64,000 bases of DNA from an uncultured Actinomycetes bacterium. Lineage in GTDB: Bacteria > Actinomycetota > Thermoleophilia > UBA2241. Made by a program: the position numbers and the translations under genes. Location: contig CAVRZA010000003.1 of the NCBI GenBank assembly GCA_963725665.1, forward strand, positions 192,001 through 256,000, given 5' to 3'. The notes beneath the pieces were generated by a model, which was not told the DNA's origin, ran no database searches, and saw only the letters and a program-made list of their open reading frames with translations. Below, piece after piece: positions 52,806-62,466 of this stretch (position 1 is its first letter; each line of letters opens with the position of its first letter).

Positions 52806-53306
52806 ATGAGGCTCTTCGGCAAACCCGATATCGAGCAGATGAGGCGCGATGGCGACATCGCAGGCCTTGTCCACTGGGCTGACTTCCGTAGGGACCAGAG
52901 CCTGAGTCGCGCCGCGGTAGCGGCTTTGCGCGAGAACGTCTACGCGGTCGTGGAGCGTCTGTTCGACACCGCTGTCTGGGCTCACGCGCACAGGGGGCCA
53001 GGCCGCAGGGGTCTGTCACCTTCGGGGGTGCATCGGCTCAACGAGATCACGGTCGCCTTGCGCAAGATCGGTCCGCCCGCCGTCGCTCCTCTCGCCGATT
53101 CGGTCCGCCTGTACGGCGACTACGGGGACCCCGACGAGCACATGCGATTCCTCTACTTCGCCCTGGTCTTTGACGTGTTGCAGAAGATAGGACGTCCGGC
53201 GGCGAACGAGTTGCGTGACCTCGCCGAAGGCGCAGATCCCGATGTCCGCGAGCATGCGCAGGAGGCGTTGAGCAAGCTCGAAGCACGAGGTCAGCTTGAC
53301 GACTGA
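52806..53306 (+). CDS. HEAT-repeat-like hypothetical protein
   Basis: FGKPDIEQM..DIAGL, ALRKIGPPAVAPL, DPDVREHAQEALSKL. Confidence 0.7.
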   Translation: MRLFGKPDIEQMRRDGDIAGLVHWADFRRDQSLSRAAVAALRENVYAVVERLFDTAVWAHAHRGPGRRGLSPSGVHRLNEITVALRKIGPPAVAPLADSVRLYGDYGDPDEHMRFLYFALVFDVLQKIGRPAANELRDLAEGADPDVREHAQEALSKLEARGQLDD

Positions 53307-53519
53307 TGAAGAGGTCGTGGTCGCCGTTCGCGCATCCTGGCCCTCATCGCGGGAGTGGGCGACACTTGCTGCACGGCGGCGGCTGAAGGCCGGCTTGTCC
53401 CCTGCTGTGGCTGCCACGCCGAGCCCCGGCGATCCCTGATCCGGCGTGCCGTAGCCGACGGCACCCGGGCTTGGCAGTGAGGCTCCAGATTGCGCCACAG
53501 CGTCTTCCCTCGCATACCG

Positions 53520-53550
53520 TTGACCGGGGGGTATAGCATTGCAATAGAAT
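53520..53550 (+). promoter_or_regulatory. sigma-70-type promoter candidate upstream of mtmB
   Basis: TTGACC-N19-TAGAAT in an AT-richer patch; spacer is long and includes a G run. Confidence 0.35.
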
Positions 53551-53956
53551 TCACGTACACATTGGAGCCGTCACCGGCCGTTCGTTGGACGATGTGTCAC
53601 GGAGCGATTCGACGGGCGGCGAGGCGACTCCAACTGTTAGTTCTGCGTACGGAACCAAGGTTCGAACGCGACGGTTCCGGTCGGCATGCATTGGCGCTTG
53701 ATGGGGCGAGAACGCGATGGCTGCAAGGTCGCAGACGGATCATTCCACGTTGTCTCGAGGTCGCGTTCCCCCGCCCGGGCGGTCTCGAATCGACCGCCTT
53801 CCAGTACGACCACGGTCGTAGAACCTTTTGGCGCAAAGTGCGACAGGAGAGCGAGAGGCGTCGTTGGTCACCGCTCTCACGCCGAGGAGGTGATGTCATC
53901 CCGAGAAGGCTGACCGGCCGAAGGAAGAGCAGTGAATCCCGAAAGGAGGGAGTCAC

Positions 53957-55366
53957 GTGGCGAGAACTACCAAGGCCCTGCCCGAGCGCATGACGGTGTT
54001 TCATGCCTGGGAGCGCGCGCGGAGAGGTCCCAAGGTCGACGAGAAGACGTGGGATTTCGAGGTCATCCCCAAGACGGCGACTCGTCTGAAGGAGAAGTAC
54101 GGGATCAAGATGGACAAGAAGGTCATGATCCCGACCGATCCCGACATCATGAAGCGGCTCTACGAGGCCGGCCTCGAGATGCTCGTCGAGACCGGCGTGT
54201 ACATCATCGAGACCGGCCGTGTCGTGAAGTACACCAAGGATGAGGTGCTCTTCACCGTTGCTCAAGCGCCGAAGCACGCCATCATCGGCGAGGGGGCACT
54301 GCACTACCGGCCGCTCGTACCGAGGGCGTGGAACAGCACGACGCCGCCGATCATCCAGGGCGGCCCGACCGGCGCGCCCTGCAGCGAGCAGCACTTCCTC
54401 GGCATCCACGAGTCGTACGCCAAGGAAGGCATCGTCGACTGCATCGTCGACGGCGTGCTCGAGAAGATCAACGGCTACAACCCGGCCCCGGAGAGCCCCG
54501 CCGAGGTGTGGGCCTCCAAGCAGGAGATGTTCCTGGTCCGCCAGGCCCAGGCCAAGGCCTGTCGCTTAGGGATGGGGTTGTAGGGCGCCGAGACGCCTCT
54601 CGGGGCGGCGGCCATCGTTGCAGCCGATTTTCCCGGCGGCATGCGGGCCACTGACAACCACGAGGTGTCCCAGCTTAATGAGCTGAAGATGGAAGCCGGA
54701 GGCTGGCAATTCGTCGCTCATTACGCACTAGCTGGCGACATCATCATGGATGAGCAGATGCCCATTTTCGGCGGCTTTGCCGGTGGTCTCGAGGAGACGA
54801 CCATCGTCAACGTTGCCACCCACCTCAACGCCTTCGTCATGAACCAGGCGACCTGGCACCTCGACGGACCCGTCCACATGCGCTGGGGCAACACCACCGC
54901 CAGGGAGGTTCTGGCAGTGGCCGGCCACGGCCAGCGGGCGATCGAGGAGCATTGGCCGGATCTCATGACGGGCAACCAGTACTACCCCACCGCCGGCCCG
55001 GGCACCGTGATGTGCCTGCTAGAGACGGCGGCGCAGGCCATCACCGACACCTGCAGCGGGCGCGAAGTGGTGTCGGGCGTCGCGTCGGCCAAGGGCGTGA
55101 AGCTCGACAAGACCACCGGCCTGGAGGCGCGCTTCATGGGCGAGGTCTGCCACGCTGTGGCCGGCATGCCCCTGGACCAGATCAACGAGATCCTCGATGC
55201 TCTGGTGGCCAAGTACGAGGGTGACTACCTGACGGCGGATGAAGGCAAGACCTACGCCGAGTGCTACGACACCGACAAGGTCGTCCCCAACGATGAGTAC
55301 CTGGCAGTGTACGACGAGGCCGTTGCGATCATGAAGGATCTCGGCGTCAGCTACAAACTGTGGTAA
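53957..55366 (+). CDS. mtmB: Monomethylamine:corrinoid methyltransferase with in-frame TAG (pyrrolysine) at codon 209; 469 aa on readthrough
   Basis: ORFs 53957-54583 and 54641-55366 share one frame, separated only by TAG 54581-54583; context RLGMGL-O-GAETPL matches MtmB GRPGMG-x-O-GPETS; also QGGPTG, SQLNELK, EQMPIFGGFAGG, WHLDGPVH, GPGTVMCLLE; RBS AAGGAGGG. Confidence 0.95.
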
Positions 55367-55479
55367 AGGAGCATGTGACTTCAGGCACGGCGAGGATGCA
55401 GGTGTTCTGGTCTGGAACAAGCTCCGCCTCGCCGCGCGGACATCGCCCCGGAGGCCGAGATCGAGGAGGCAAGTGAGCA

Positions 55480-56124
55480 ATGGCAAACGAGGAGTTGATC
55501 AAAGAAGCGCGTGCGGCGCTTCTTACGACCGACAAAGCCAAGGCTGAGGACGTCGCCAAACGAGCCATAGCCGCAGGCATGGATCCGGGCGATATCATGC
55601 AGAATGGCTTCGTCGCCGGCATCCGTGAGCTCGGCGAGAAGTTCGACAAGGGCGAGGTCTTCCTGCCCGAGTTGATGCTTGCGGCCGAGGCCATGGAAGC
55701 CGCCATGGAGATCTGCAACGCGGCCCTGCCCGAGGGCAAGAGCGAGACACGCGGTGTCGTCGTCATCGGCACCGTGGAGGGCGACGTGCACGACATCGGC
55801 AAGGCTGTCGTGATCGCCTATCTGCGCGCCAACGGGTACGACGTCCATGACGTCGGGAAGGACGTGCCGCCGCAGGACTTCATCGACAAGGCGGTTGAGG
55901 TCAACGCCGACGTCATCGGCGCGAGCGCTCTGCTGACGGCCACGCTGGCCGTGCAGGGCGAGATCGAGGAGTACCTCAAGGAGGCCGGCCTACGCGGCAA
56001 GTTCAAGACGATCGTGGGCGGTGCCACCTGCACGCAGGGCTGGGCCGACAAGATCGGAGCCGACGCGTACGCGAAGGATGCCAGCGACGCGCTGCAGAAG
56101 ATCGGCGAACTCGTCGGACGCTGA
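55480..56124 (+). CDS. mtmC: Cognate methylamine corrinoid protein
   Basis: B12-binding GTVEGDVHDIGK, GASALLT, IVGGA, IGADAY; directly after mtmB. Confidence 0.9.
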   Translation: MANEELIKEARAALLTTDKAKAEDVAKRAIAAGMDPGDIMQNGFVAGIRELGEKFDKGEVFLPELMLAAEAMEAAMEICNAALPEGKSETRGVVVIGTVEGDVHDIGKAVVIAYLRANGYDVHDVGKDVPPQDFIDKAVEVNADVIGASALLTATLAVQGEIEEYLKEAGLRGKFKTIVGGATCTQGWADKIGADAYAKDASDALQKIGELVGR

Positions 56125-56160
56125 AGCGGCGTCGAGCTGCAGTAGGATATCAGTGAACAA

Positions 56161-56202
56161 GGGGGCGCCCCGGCCGACGAGAGTCGGCTGGGGCGCCCCC
56201 CC
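56161..56202 (+). terminator. Long hairpin after mtmC
   Basis: GGGGGCGCCCCGGCCGAC-GAGA-GTCGGCTGGGGCGCCCCC. Confidence 0.7.
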
Positions 56203-56256
56203 GTATGACAGTCTTCGGACGGATTGCCGGCAAGGTTCGCGCTGAGGAGGGCAGCG

Positions 56257-57483
56257 GTGGCACAGGTCAATGCAGGAGACACAGCCTTCGTCCTCATCAG
56301 CGCCGCCCTCGTGGCGCTGATGACACCGGCTATCGCCTTCTTCTACGGCGGGCTGGTGAGGCGCAAGAACTTCTTGTCGATCATGATGCAGAGCTTCATC
56401 TCGATGGGCATCGTGACGGCCATCTGGGTCGCCGTCGGCTACTCGCTGGTCTTCTCCGGCGATGTCTGGGGCATCATCGGCAACCTCGATTGGGCCGGCC
56501 TACACGGCGTCGGCCAAGCTCCGGGTCCGTGGGCGCCGACCATCCCTGCGCTGGCGCACTTCGACTTCCAGGAGATGATCGCCATCTTCACGCCGGCTCT
56601 GATCACCGGCGCCTTCGCCGATCGGGTGAACTTCAAGAGCTACCTCTGGTTTCTCGTGCTCTGGAGCCTGCTGGCCTACATCCCGCTGGCGCACTGGGTG
56701 CGTGGCGGTGGTTTCCTCGACCAGTGGGGCGCAGAGGACTTCGCTGGCGGCCTGGTGGTCCACGTGAGCGCCGGGTTCGCTGCACTGGCGTCGGTGTACG
56801 TCGTGGGCAAGCGCAGGTTCTTGCCCGGCGAGCGTACGTTGCCGCACAACATCTCTTTCGTGGCGATCGGCACGGCCCTGCTCTGGCTCGGCTGGTTCGG
56901 CTTCAACGGAGGGAGTGCACTGGCGGCCAACGGAATCGCCGCGCAGGCATTCGTGAACACCGACATCGCGGGCTCGATCGCCATGTGCACCTGGCTTGCG
57001 CTCACGTGGCTCCGCAACGGCAAGCCGAGCCTCGTCGGCGCCCTCACGGGAGCGATCAGCGGACTGGTGTGCATCACCCCTGCGGCCGGGTTCGTCCCGA
57101 CCTGGTCGGCATTCGTCTTCGGCGCAGCCGCGGGCGTCGTCTGCTACTACGCGATAGTCGTCAAGCAGAGGATGGAGTGGGACGACGCGCTCGACGTCTG
57201 GGCGGTCCACGGTGTCGGCGGGATACTGGGCACCCTGCTGCTCGGTGTCTTCGGCTTCGCTGCGGTCAATGCCGCCGGCTCCGATGGGCTGTTGGCAGGG
57301 GACGCGGCCTTCTTCGGGGTGCAGCTCGTCTCCGCTGTGATCGCCGCCGGCTACTCCTTCGCGGTGACGTACCTGATCCTCAGGCTGCTCAACCACTTCC
57401 AGCCCGTGCGCGTGCCCGACGCCGTGGAGCAGAGGGGCCTCGACGCCGAGATGCACGGCGAGGAGGCCTACCACCTGACTTGA
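56257..57483 (+). CDS. amtB: Ammonium transporter (Amt family)
   Basis: GDTAFVLISAALVALMTP, DFAGGLVVH, WFGFNGGS, ITPAAG, DDALDVWAVHGVGG; GTG start after GAGGAGGG. Confidence 0.95.
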   Translation: MAQVNAGDTAFVLISAALVALMTPAIAFFYGGLVRRKNFLSIMMQSFISMGIVTAIWVAVGYSLVFSGDVWGIIGNLDWAGLHGVGQAPGPWAPTIPALAHFDFQEMIAIFTPALITGAFADRVNFKSYLWFLVLWSLLAYIPLAHWVRGGGFLDQWGAEDFAGGLVVHVSAGFAALASVYVVGKRRFLPGERTLPHNISFVAIGTALLWLGWFGFNGGSALAANGIAAQAFVNTDIAGSIAMCTWLALTWLRNGKPSLVGALTGAISGLVCITPAAGFVPTWSAFVFGAAAGVVCYYAIVVKQRMEWDDALDVWAVHGVGGILGTLLLGVFGFAAVNAAGSDGLLAGDAAFFGVQLVSAVIAAGYSFAVTYLILRLLNHFQPVRVPDAVEQRGLDAEMHGEEAYHLT

Positions 57484-57543
57484 GCTGCCCGAAGCCGTGT
57501 TCCCGCGGTGGAAAGCCGCCCGCGACTCCGCTAGCCTGAGCTC

Positions 57544-58338
57544 GTGGAGAGCGAGCTTCCTACCCTGGGAGTCGAGCTTGTCGGCGATGGACTCGGCCCG
57601 TTCGACGACATCGAGTTCATTGGCAGCGGCAGGTTTGCGGAGACGTACCGCGTTGTGCGTGACGACGACGAGTACGTGCTCAAGGTCTGCCACTTCATCC
57701 CGCGCATACCGCAGGAGCTCTGGGAACATGAGCTCGAGGCGCTGCGGCGCGTGAGACACCCGAACGTCATGGCATTCCGCGCCGCAGGGCACCTGCGAGC
57801 CCAGGGCAAGACGTACCCCTTCATGGAGTGCGAGTACATCGACGGCCGCGACGTGAGAGGGATGATCGCCGCCGGGCTGCGACCGGAGGATCCGTCGGCA
57901 CTGCGGGAGTTCTTCGCAGGCCTCCTGCGCGGCGTGGCGGAGCTCCACGACCTGGGCATCCTGCATCGCGACATCAGGCCGGCCAACGTGGCCCTGCGGG
58001 GCGGCCACTGGCAGAAACCCGTGCTGCTCGACTTCGGCCTGGCTCAGACCTACGTCGTCTCGGCGGCGCAGCAGCGCCTCTCGCTGGGCGAGCGGCGGCG
58101 GGATCTTGTTGCCCTCGCCGAGGTCGTGTACGAGGTCGGGGCGGGACGACCTCCCGTCCACGAACCACGGGCCGCCCGGACCCTCGCCACGCGGGTGCGG
58201 CGGCGTGCTCTGGTCGACCCACGCAGGCTCTCGCCGCTGTTCGCGGACGACGTCGCCGAGGTCGTCGTCCGTCTGTTGTCTCGCGGGCAGTCGCGCTCGG
58301 GGGCCGATGAGGCGTTGCGAGAGCTGGAGGAGTCCTAG
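57544..58338 (+). CDS. Ser/Thr protein kinase-like protein with reduced C-lobe
   Basis: IGSGRFAETY, VLK, HPNV, HRDIRPANV, LDFGLA; no APE motif. Confidence 0.75.
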   Translation: MESELPTLGVELVGDGLGPFDDIEFIGSGRFAETYRVVRDDDEYVLKVCHFIPRIPQELWEHELEALRRVRHPNVMAFRAAGHLRAQGKTYPFMECEYIDGRDVRGMIAAGLRPEDPSALREFFAGLLRGVAELHDLGILHRDIRPANVALRGGHWQKPVLLDFGLAQTYVVSAAQQRLSLGERRRDLVALAEVVYEVGAGRPPVHEPRAARTLATRVRRRALVDPRRLSPLFADDVAEVVVRLLSRGQSRSGADEALRELEES

Positions 58339-58431
58339 GGACGATCACGCAGCTCCCGGACCTGGCAACGAATCGCCGTCGCGCGCTCAGAACGCGGCAC
58401 TCGGACGGTGCGTGACAGACAGCACAAGCCG

Positions 58432-58460
58432 TTGCAATGCCCCGGGCCATTGTGTACAGT
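58432..58460 (+). promoter_or_regulatory. sigma-70-type promoter candidate for the permease cluster
   Basis: TTGCAA-N17-TACAGT with TG extension. Confidence 0.55.
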
Positions 58461-58711
58461 GCGCGCATCCTCGCACGATACGCCCATCGGGGCCCCAAAG
58501 CCCGCCGTCGAAGGGGGATGGTGTCGTACGGGTCTCTCAGGCTCGATGAGGGGAGGTCGCCAGACGAGAGCTTCCGCACCCAGTGAACGCTGAGGGCTCG
58601 GCAAAAGCTGCCGGCCCCTCACCCGCCTCGCTCTCCCGAAACCGCGCGTCTGTCGCGCCGCCGGAGGAGGTCGGGCGGGCCGACCATTTCGGGCAAGTGA
58701 AAGGGGGACAC

Positions 58712-59125
58712 TTGAGTCGTACCGAAGCCGACCTCGCCGTCGAGCAAGCTGTCGCTGCCGAGGCGAAGAGAGGCACCCACGATCCACGCATCGAGAAGAC
58801 GTACCGACGGGACGTGATCACGATCTACACGTTCGTGATCGCCCTGTTGTTCACACTCTGGGCAGTGTTCTTCTTCGTCGTGAATCCCAACGTCCAGGAC
58901 AACACCCTGCGCTGGCTCATGATCGGCCTGGGCATATTCGCCTCCGTCTTCAACGCCACGGGGATGATCCAGAACACCCGGCGCCTCAAGCAGGAGGCGG
59001 TACGCTTCTACTCCCAGGACCTGTTCTGGCAGGACCAGAAGAAGCTGCAGAAGGAGTACGCGAAACAAGAGCACGAGATGTACCTGAGGCAGAAGAACGT
59101 GGACAAGGGGGCGACCGATGCCTGA
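58712..59125 (+). CDS. Small two-TM membrane protein (permease cluster gene 1)
   Basis: TTG after AAGGGGG; two hydrophobic helices; coding-like codon usage. Confidence 0.75.
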   Translation: MSRTEADLAVEQAVAAEAKRGTHDPRIEKTYRRDVITIYTFVIALLFTLWAVFFFVVNPNVQDNTLRWLMIGLGIFASVFNATGMIQNTRRLKQEAVRFYSQDLFWQDQKKLQKEYAKQEHEMYLRQKNVDKGATDA

Positions 59126-59282
59126 ACACGACGACGAGTGGATCCCGTATCAGGGATACCAGGAGCCGAAGCAGCACGTGTTCTGGCAGGTGTTCGATGT
59201 GGTCTTCATCCTGGCCCTCTGCTACGTCTGCCTGCTCGTGCCGATCCTGCTGGCCGGCAAAGTCCTGGTCGGGGGGGACTGA
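59118..59282 (+). CDS. 54-aa single-TM protein (permease cluster gene 2; below the ORF track cutoff)
   Basis: RBS AAGGGGG; MPEHDDEWIPYQGYQEPKQHVFWQVFDVVFILALCYVCLLVPILLAGKVLVGGD*; overlaps previous stop. Confidence 0.7.
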   Translation: MPEHDDEWIPYQGYQEPKQHVFWQVFDVVFILALCYVCLLVPILLAGKVLVGGD

Positions 59283-59309
59283 TCATGGCTCCTGCGATCA
59301 TGAGAAGGA

Positions 59310-59594
59310 GTGGGTCAGTCCGCCGTGGATGTCGGCAGATTGTGGTTCTCTGTGCTTGCGACCCTGGGCAGCCTGATGATGCTGGCCATCGTCGTAGCCC
59401 CGGCTCTGGCCGCGGGGAAGGTCCCGACGTGGGAGCTCTCGAAGGAGAAGGCCCCCGAGCTGGACTACACGCTCAGTCTCGGCACGGCCGTCCTTACCTT
59501 CGGGCTCCTGATCGCCTTTTTCGTCATGCTCTTCGTGCTGTCGGAGAGGGAGTTCAAGGGCGTGATCAACGAGCGCTTCGGACCGAAGAAGTGA
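59310..59594 (+). CDS. Small membrane protein (permease cluster gene 3)
   Basis: Two hydrophobic segments, ends SEREFKGVINERFGPKK; start uncertain. Confidence 0.7.
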   Translation: MGQSAVDVGRLWFSVLATLGSLMMLAIVVAPALAAGKVPTWELSKEKAPELDYTLSLGTAVLTFGLLIAFFVMLFVLSEREFKGVINERFGPKK

Positions 59595-59613
59595 GAAGGG
59601 TGGTGTCATCGCT

Positions 59614-59883
59614 GTGAGTATCGAAGAGGTCATGAACTACGTGGCATGGGCGGTGAGCATCGCCATTATCGCGTGGATGGTGATTGACGCCCTGCGCGTC
59701 GAGGTGACCTACGACCGAGACCTGCTCGTCAGCTCGGTAGAAGGCGAGATCGAGAAGGAGATCCTCTCGTCTGACGAGGAAGCCACGCTCAAGAGGCATG
59801 CGTCCGACTGGGCGGCGGAATACACCGAAGTCGAGGCGGAAGCGCGAAAGGCCGAGCAAGCGCCGCCCGGAGGAGGGTCCTGA
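59614..59883 (+). CDS. Small single-TM protein (permease cluster gene 4)
   Basis: NYVAWAVSIAIIAWMVIDALRV...LLVSSVEG; stop overlaps permease ATG. Confidence 0.75.
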   Translation: MSIEEVMNYVAWAVSIAIIAWMVIDALRVEVTYDRDLLVSSVEGEIEKEILSSDEEATLKRHASDWAAEYTEVEAEARKAEQAPPGGGS

Positions 59884-61276
59884 TGGCAGCTGAAGCGCCT
59901 GCGGTCACCGCCGCAAGACCGAAGCGCCTGAGCCTGCTGCGCGTCCTCGGCCCCTGCACATCTGGGGTCTCGGCGTGGGCATCGTGCTCGTGGGCGAGTT
60001 CATGGGTTGGAACTTCACGGTGGCCAAGGGCGGAGTGTTCGGCGCGCTCGTCGCCTGCTGGTTCAGCGGCATCCTCTACTCCTGCGTCGCCATGATCGAC
60101 TCCGAGGTGAGCTCGACGGTGGCCTCGGCCGGTGGCCAGTACGCGCAGGCGAAGCACATCCTCGGCCCCTCGGCCGCCTTCAACCTGGCTCTGTTCATCA
60201 TCTTCGAGTACGTGATGCTCGAGGCCGGCGACGCCATCGTGATCGGCGCCATCATGGAGAAGCTCAGCGCGAACTTCAGCGCGACGGCCTGGGTCATCCT
60301 GACCATCGCCATCCTGTCGTTCCTCAACTACCGCGGCGTGACGTTGGCGCTGACCGTCAACTACATCATCACGGCCATCGCCTTCATCACGATCCTCCTC
60401 CTCCTCTTCGGGAACTGGGGGAACTTCTTCACCCAATACCTATTCACGGCCGATATCGGCGGCAGGAATCCCGAGATGCCGTACGGCTGGCTCGGCATCC
60501 TCGCCGCGCTGCAGTTCGGCATCTGGTATTACCTGGGCATCGAAGGCACCTGCCAGACGGCTGAGGAGTGCCGCTCCGCTCCGCGCGCGCTGCCGATCGG
60601 CACGATGTCTGGGCTCGTCACGCTGCTGATCGCCGCCACCATCACCTGGTACGTCGCTACCGGCCTGGTCGACTGGGTGACGCTCGGATCATCGGCGTAC
60701 CCGCTCTACGACGCGGCGCTGAACACGAGTAAGGACTGGCTCATCGTGGCGCTGTTCATCGGCACTGTGTTGAGCTGTCTGGCGTCGGCTAACGGCTGCA
60801 TCAACGACGCCTCGCGGGCCTGGTTCGCCATGGGACGCGACCAGTTCGTGCCGCGCTTCTTCGGCGGCGTGCACCCGCGCTACAAGACGCCGTACCGCTC
60901 GATCCTGTTTCTGATCCCCATCGCCATGGCCTTCGGGTACACGGGGTTGCTCGACCAGGTGATCACCTTCTCGATCATCTCGGGCTGTTTGATATACGCC
61001 GTCATGCCCCTCAACATCATCCGTTTCCGCAGGCTCTATCCGATGGGCTCCATCAGGCGGGGCTACGTCTACCCCTTCCATCCCTGGCCGGCGTTCGTGC
61101 TCGCTCTCTTCGTAGCGCTCACGTTCATCGCCGTCTACTTCGGCTACTGGCGCAACCTGGTCGGGGCCATGGCCTTCTATATCCTCGCCTCGATCTGGTT
61201 CACCTTCCACCGCTACAGGATGGTGGATCGCTCCAAGCTCTACACCATGCCCTGGCCGCGGCCTAAGGGATACTGA
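59883..61276 (+). CDS. APC-superfamily amine permease, putative methylamine permease (frameshift near 59955)
   Basis: LLRVLGP/HIWGLGVGIVLVGEFMGWNF, SAGGQY, WYYLGIEG, ASANGCINDASR, HPRYKTPYR; about 12 TMs. Confidence 0.88.
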
Positions 61277-61302
61277 GGATCCGGCCGGCAAGGGAGGGCA
61301 GG

Positions 61303-61758
61303 ATGTTCGAGACGATACTAGTAGCAACAGATGGCTCGCACTCGGCGGGGAAGGCCGTCGACTTCGCGGTGGAGCTCGCCAAGAGCCATGGTTCCAAGCT
61401 CGTGATCTGCACCGTCACACGAGAGCGGCTGGCGACGATCGACAGGGACCCCGGCGAGCCCAATCCGCCCGACGTCGACCCGAGAGCATCGCTGAGTCGC
61501 GGTCAGGCCGACCAATCGGCGGAGGTTCTGCGCCGAGGCGAGCAGGCGGCCAAGGCAGCGGGCCTGGGGAACTACGATCTGCGCGAGATCTACGGCACGA
61601 ACACAGGCGCCACCATCGTGAAGGAAGCCGAAGCGATGGGAGCCGACCACATCGTCGTCGGCTCTGTCGGGGAGACCGGCCTCGCCAGGCTGCTCATGGG
61701 TTCCGTGGCGGCGAGCGTGGTGCATCACGCCCACTGTCCGGTGACGGTGGTGCGGTAA
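61303..61758 (+). CDS. Universal stress protein
   Basis: ILVATDGS, IVVGSVG, MGSVAASVVHHAHCPVTVVR. Confidence 0.93.
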   Translation: MFETILVATDGSHSAGKAVDFAVELAKSHGSKLVICTVTRERLATIDRDPGEPNPPDVDPRASLSRGQADQSAEVLRRGEQAAKAAGLGNYDLREIYGTNTGATIVKEAEAMGADHIVVGSVGETGLARLLMGSVAASVVHHAHCPVTVVR

Positions 61759-61800
61759 GTGACTGGAGGGCCACAGCCGCAACACGGCGCGCGGTAGGTC

Positions 61801-62466
61801 ATGGAGTTTGACCTGCTCTGGAAGGGCGCCGTGGTCGCGGCTGTGGCCCTCTTCTTCGTCTGGCGCCTCCTGAGGGTCCAACAAAGCGATCAGGCGACGA
61901 AGGCGCACATGCTCGACGAGCTCCTGCCGGAGGTCGAGCGGGCCGCGTGGACGTGGAGCCCCTGGCATTATCCCCGCCTCGACGGGATGCTTGACGGGTA
62001 TCCCGCTCGCTTCGACCTTCTGTCCGACACCCTTGTGACGCGCTCACTGCCCACGCTCTGGCTACAGCTGCGCTGGGCACTGCCTCACGAGGGCTGCTTC
62101 TGCGTGACCATCGACCCGACCGGCGCCGAGTTCTTCTCCAACGATGCCGACTGCGGTCGCCTTCTGCCGACGCCGAGCTCCTGGGGGGTGAGGGCGGAGA
62201 TCCATGCCGACGGCAGCGGGGGCGCGCTCCTGCGCCGCCTGTCCGCCCTCGATCTGAGCTCCTACCCCTCGGTCAAGCAGCTTTCCGTGGTAGAGGGTGA
62301 GCTCAGGCTGACCGTGCGTTGCGCCCGCGGGGAGCTGCAGATCTACCGGGTGATGCGCGCCGCGAAGTTCCCTCCCGACTGCGTTTCCCCAAGCATCGTG
62401 GCGGAGACGTTGTCTTTGGCGCGTGCGGCCCGAGACGTCCTGACGGCAGAACGAGAGGCGGGATGA
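61801..62466 (+). CDS. Membrane-anchored hypothetical protein
   Basis: N-terminal TM; YPRLDG, DTLVTRSLPTLWL; in operon with next gene. Confidence 0.7.
   Translation: MEFDLLWKGAVVAAVALFFVWRLLRVQQSDQATKAHMLDELLPEVERAAWTWSPWHYPRLDGMLDGYPARFDLLSDTLVTRSLPTLWLQLRWALPHEGCFCVTIDPTGAEFFSNDADCGRLLPTPSSWGVRAEIHADGSGGALLRRLSALDLSSYPSVKQLSVVEGELRLTVRCARGELQIYRVMRAAKFPPDCVSPSIVAETLSLARAARDVLTAEREAG

Noticed and set aside
53828-53845. sigma-54 promoter upstream of mtmB (TGGCGCAAAGTGC)
   Set aside because: GG-to-GC spacing is 2 nt too short for the -24/-12 consensus.
54581-54583. mtmB TAG as a nonsense mutation or sequencing error
   Set aside because: It falls at the family's conserved pyrrolysine position and the gene is otherwise intact.
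58336-58593. Amber readthrough extending the kinase
   Set aside because: The downstream in-frame sequence has no kinase motifs and overlaps a good promoter candidate.
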